Assembly: GCA_003695625.1 (NCBI GenBank)
Contig: RFIB01000052.1
Location: 1-46,444 of the forward strand
Source: Acidobacteriota bacterium
GTDB taxonomy: Bacteria > Acidobacteriota > Polarisedimenticolia > J045
Direction of reading: 5' to 3'
DNA: 46,444 bases
Both the position numbers and the translations under genes were made by a program. Position 1 is the stretch's first letter, and each line of letters starts with the position of its first letter. Below are positions 42,219-46,444 of this stretch, piece by piece. The notes under the pieces were generated by a model. That model was not told the DNA's origin and did no database searches. It was given only the letters and a program-made list of their open reading frames with translations.

Positions 42219-43418
42219 GTGCACATCAACGATCTGCTCAAGTCCGCCGCCGAGAAGGGCGCCTCGGACCTCCATCTGAAGGTCGGCTCGTATCCCGTGA
42301 TCCGCGTCGACGGGCGCCTGATGGCGATGACCGAGCATCCCCGCCTGATGCAGGAGGACACGATCGCGCTCGCCTTCTCGATCATGAGCGCCCGCCAGAA
42401 GCAGCGGTTCAAGGAGAACCTCGAGATCGACATGGCCTACTCGGTCCCCGGTCTCGGGCGCTTCCGTGTCAACGTGTTCCAGCAGCGCGGGACCGTCGGG
42501 CTGGTGCTGCGCGTGATCCCGGTCAAGATCGCGACGATCCGCGAGCTCAACCTGCCGCCGGTGATCGAGCAGATCGCCGACGAGCAGCGCGGGCTCGTCC
42601 TCGTCACCGGCTCCACGGGCTCGGGAAAGTCGACCACGCTGGCGTCGATGATCGATCACATCAACGCCGTGCGCTGCGAGCACATCATCACCATCGAGGA
42701 CCCGATCGAGTTCCTCCACCGGGACAAGAAGTCGATCGTCAACCAGCGCGAGGTCGAGGTCGACACGCGATCGTTCGCCGATGCCCTGCGCGGGGCGCTA
42801 CGTCAGGATCCGGACGTGATCCTGGTCGGCGAGATGCGCGACCACGAGACGATCGAGACGGCGCTGCTTGCCGCGGAGACCGGTCACCTCGTGCTCTCGA
42901 CGCTGCACACGCTCGACGCCACGGAGACCGTCAACCGGATCATCTCGGTCTTCCCGCCGCACCAGCAGAAGCAGATCCGCATCCAGCTCGCCGCCGTGTT
43001 CCGGGCCTGCATCTCGATGCGACTCGTCACGCGGGCCGACGGCACGGGGCGGGTCCCGGCCGTCGAGGTCCTGCGGGCCACCCCGTTCGTCAAGGACTGC
43101 ATCGAGAACAAGGAGAAGACCAAGCAGATCCGCGCGGCGATCCAGCAGGGCACCTCGCAGTACGGCATGCAGACGTTCGACCAGTCGCTCTACTCGCTGT
43201 GGCGGCAGAACCTGATCACCCGCGAGGAGGCGCTCAAGCGCGCATCGAATCGCGACGAGCTGCGGCTCCGGATGGAGGGGATCGAGTCGACCGCCGATGC
43301 GGCCCGCGGCGAGATGCAGCATGCGCTCGACGGCGCCGGGGTGGCGGCGGGTGACGAGGCGCTGCGCGGCGAGGGGGGCGGCATCCCGGGAATGGTCCGG
43401 CTCGGCGACGACCTCTGA
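42219..43418 (+). CDS. pilT: PilT-family type IV pilus retraction-type ATPase paralogue
   Basis: Walker A GSTGSGKST, Walker B DVILVGEMRD and His box TGHLVLSTLHT are present, with GTG start 42219. FVKDCIEN sits in place of the canonical AIRNLIRE motif, and there is a ~35-aa C-terminal tail. Confidence 0.85.
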   Translation: MHINDLLKSAAEKGASDLHLKVGSYPVIRVDGRLMAMTEHPRLMQEDTIALAFSIMSARQKQRFKENLEIDMAYSVPGLGRFRVNVFQQRGTVGLVLRVIPVKIATIRELNLPPVIEQIADEQRGLVLVTGSTGSGKSTTLASMIDHINAVRCEHIITIEDPIEFLHRDKKSIVNQREVEVDTRSFADALRGALRQDPDVILVGEMRDHETIETALLAAETGHLVLSTLHTLDATETVNRIISVFPPHQQKQIRIQLAAVFRACISMRLVTRADGTGRVPAVEVLRATPFVKDCIENKEKTKQIRAAIQQGTSQYGMQTFDQSLYSLWRQNLITREEALKRASNRDELRLRMEGIESTADAARGEMQHALDGAGVAAGDEALRGEGGGIPGMVRLGDDL

Positions 43419-43511
43419 CGCCGGCACGCTCCGCCAGGGCGTCCCGCACCCGCACATCGTCTCGCGCGGCGGCTGGCGCATCGTTCCGGCGCCGGGGCTA
43501 TCCTTCGCCCG

Positions 43512-44004
43512 ATGGGCGGAGCGAAGCGCAGCGCCTGGGACATCGCCACCGCCGCGCTGGCTCGGCGCGCGCTGACGCGGGCCGAGCTGGTGCGCCGGCT
43601 CCGGCGGCGCGAGGTCCCGCAGGCGGAGATCGACGCCACGCTGGCGCGGCTCGAGCGGCTCGGCTTCGTCGACGACCGCCGCGTCGCCTATAATCACGCC
43701 GCGCATCGCGCCGAGCAGGGCCGGCGCGGTCGTCTTCGCGTGCGGCGCGAGCTTCTCGCGCGAGGCATTCCCGAGCCGCTGGTCGACGAGGTCCTCGCGG
43801 AGACCTTTCCTCCGGAAGACGAACGGGACCGCCTCGAGAGACTGTTCGCGCGGCTCACCGCGGGGTGCGGGGTTCCCGGAGACGAGCGGGAACGTGCCCG
43901 GCTGGCGCGGCGGCTGCTGCGCGCCGGGTTTCCCGGTGCGCTGGTCAGGGCGCGGCTCGAGCAGGCGGATGCGGAGCCCGGCGCCCCGCAGGAGACCGAC
44001 GACG

Positions 44005-44018
<14 letters not shown>
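43512..44018 (+). CDS. recX: RecX-like regulatory protein
   Basis: It is a 168-aa helical-repeat protein (ALTRAELVRRLRRREVPQAEIDATLARLERLGFVDDRR) in the conserved position directly upstream of alaS, which it overlaps by 14 nt. No clear SD is visible. Confidence 0.7.

Positions 44019-46444
<2,426 letters not shown>

Overview
This is a very GC-rich (by eye above 70% G+C) bacterial chromosomal window that is almost fully coding. Shine-Dalgarno (SD) sites are clear, and 4-nt start/stop overlaps (ATGA/GTGA) are frequent. All family calls come from motifs read in the translated ORF track; no homology search was possible. Starts were refined using SD sites and stop/start overlaps.

Content from left to right:
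- An orphan lipoprotein with a textbook terminator.
- An M19 dipeptidase and a tryptophanase.
- A glycan- or small-molecule-tailoring cluster: GT4 glycosyltransferase, deacetylase, hexapeptide acetyltransferase and O-methyltransferase.
- A Pat-type GNAT acetyltransferase.
- A long minus-strand block: a single-chain ~1,910-aa acyl-CoA carboxylase, pdxJ, then a six-gene overlap-chained operon (NSS transporter, 42-aa MetS-like subunit, 2-TM protein, tandem CAP-domain protein, RuBisCO-like protein, cupin).
- A housekeeping operon: tRNA-CAU, tilS, hpt, ftsH, folP, cdaA, cdaR, glmM.
- A RamB-like regulator divergent from aceB-aceA (glyoxylate shunt), with a RamB-box-like operator in the only AT-rich stretch.
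- A hybrid histidine kinase whose ATPase boxes look degenerate.
- A 1,930-aa secreted S8 protease.
- An orphan PilT-like ATPase, recX, and a 3'-truncated alaS.

I found no CRISPR array, rRNA, transposase, integrase or phage gene.

The best candidate for something undescribed is the NSS/MetS-like importer translationally chained to a compact, active-site-variant RuBisCO-like protein and a cupin. The many long R/A/P/G-rich ORFs in the track are high-GC shadow frames and were rejected.
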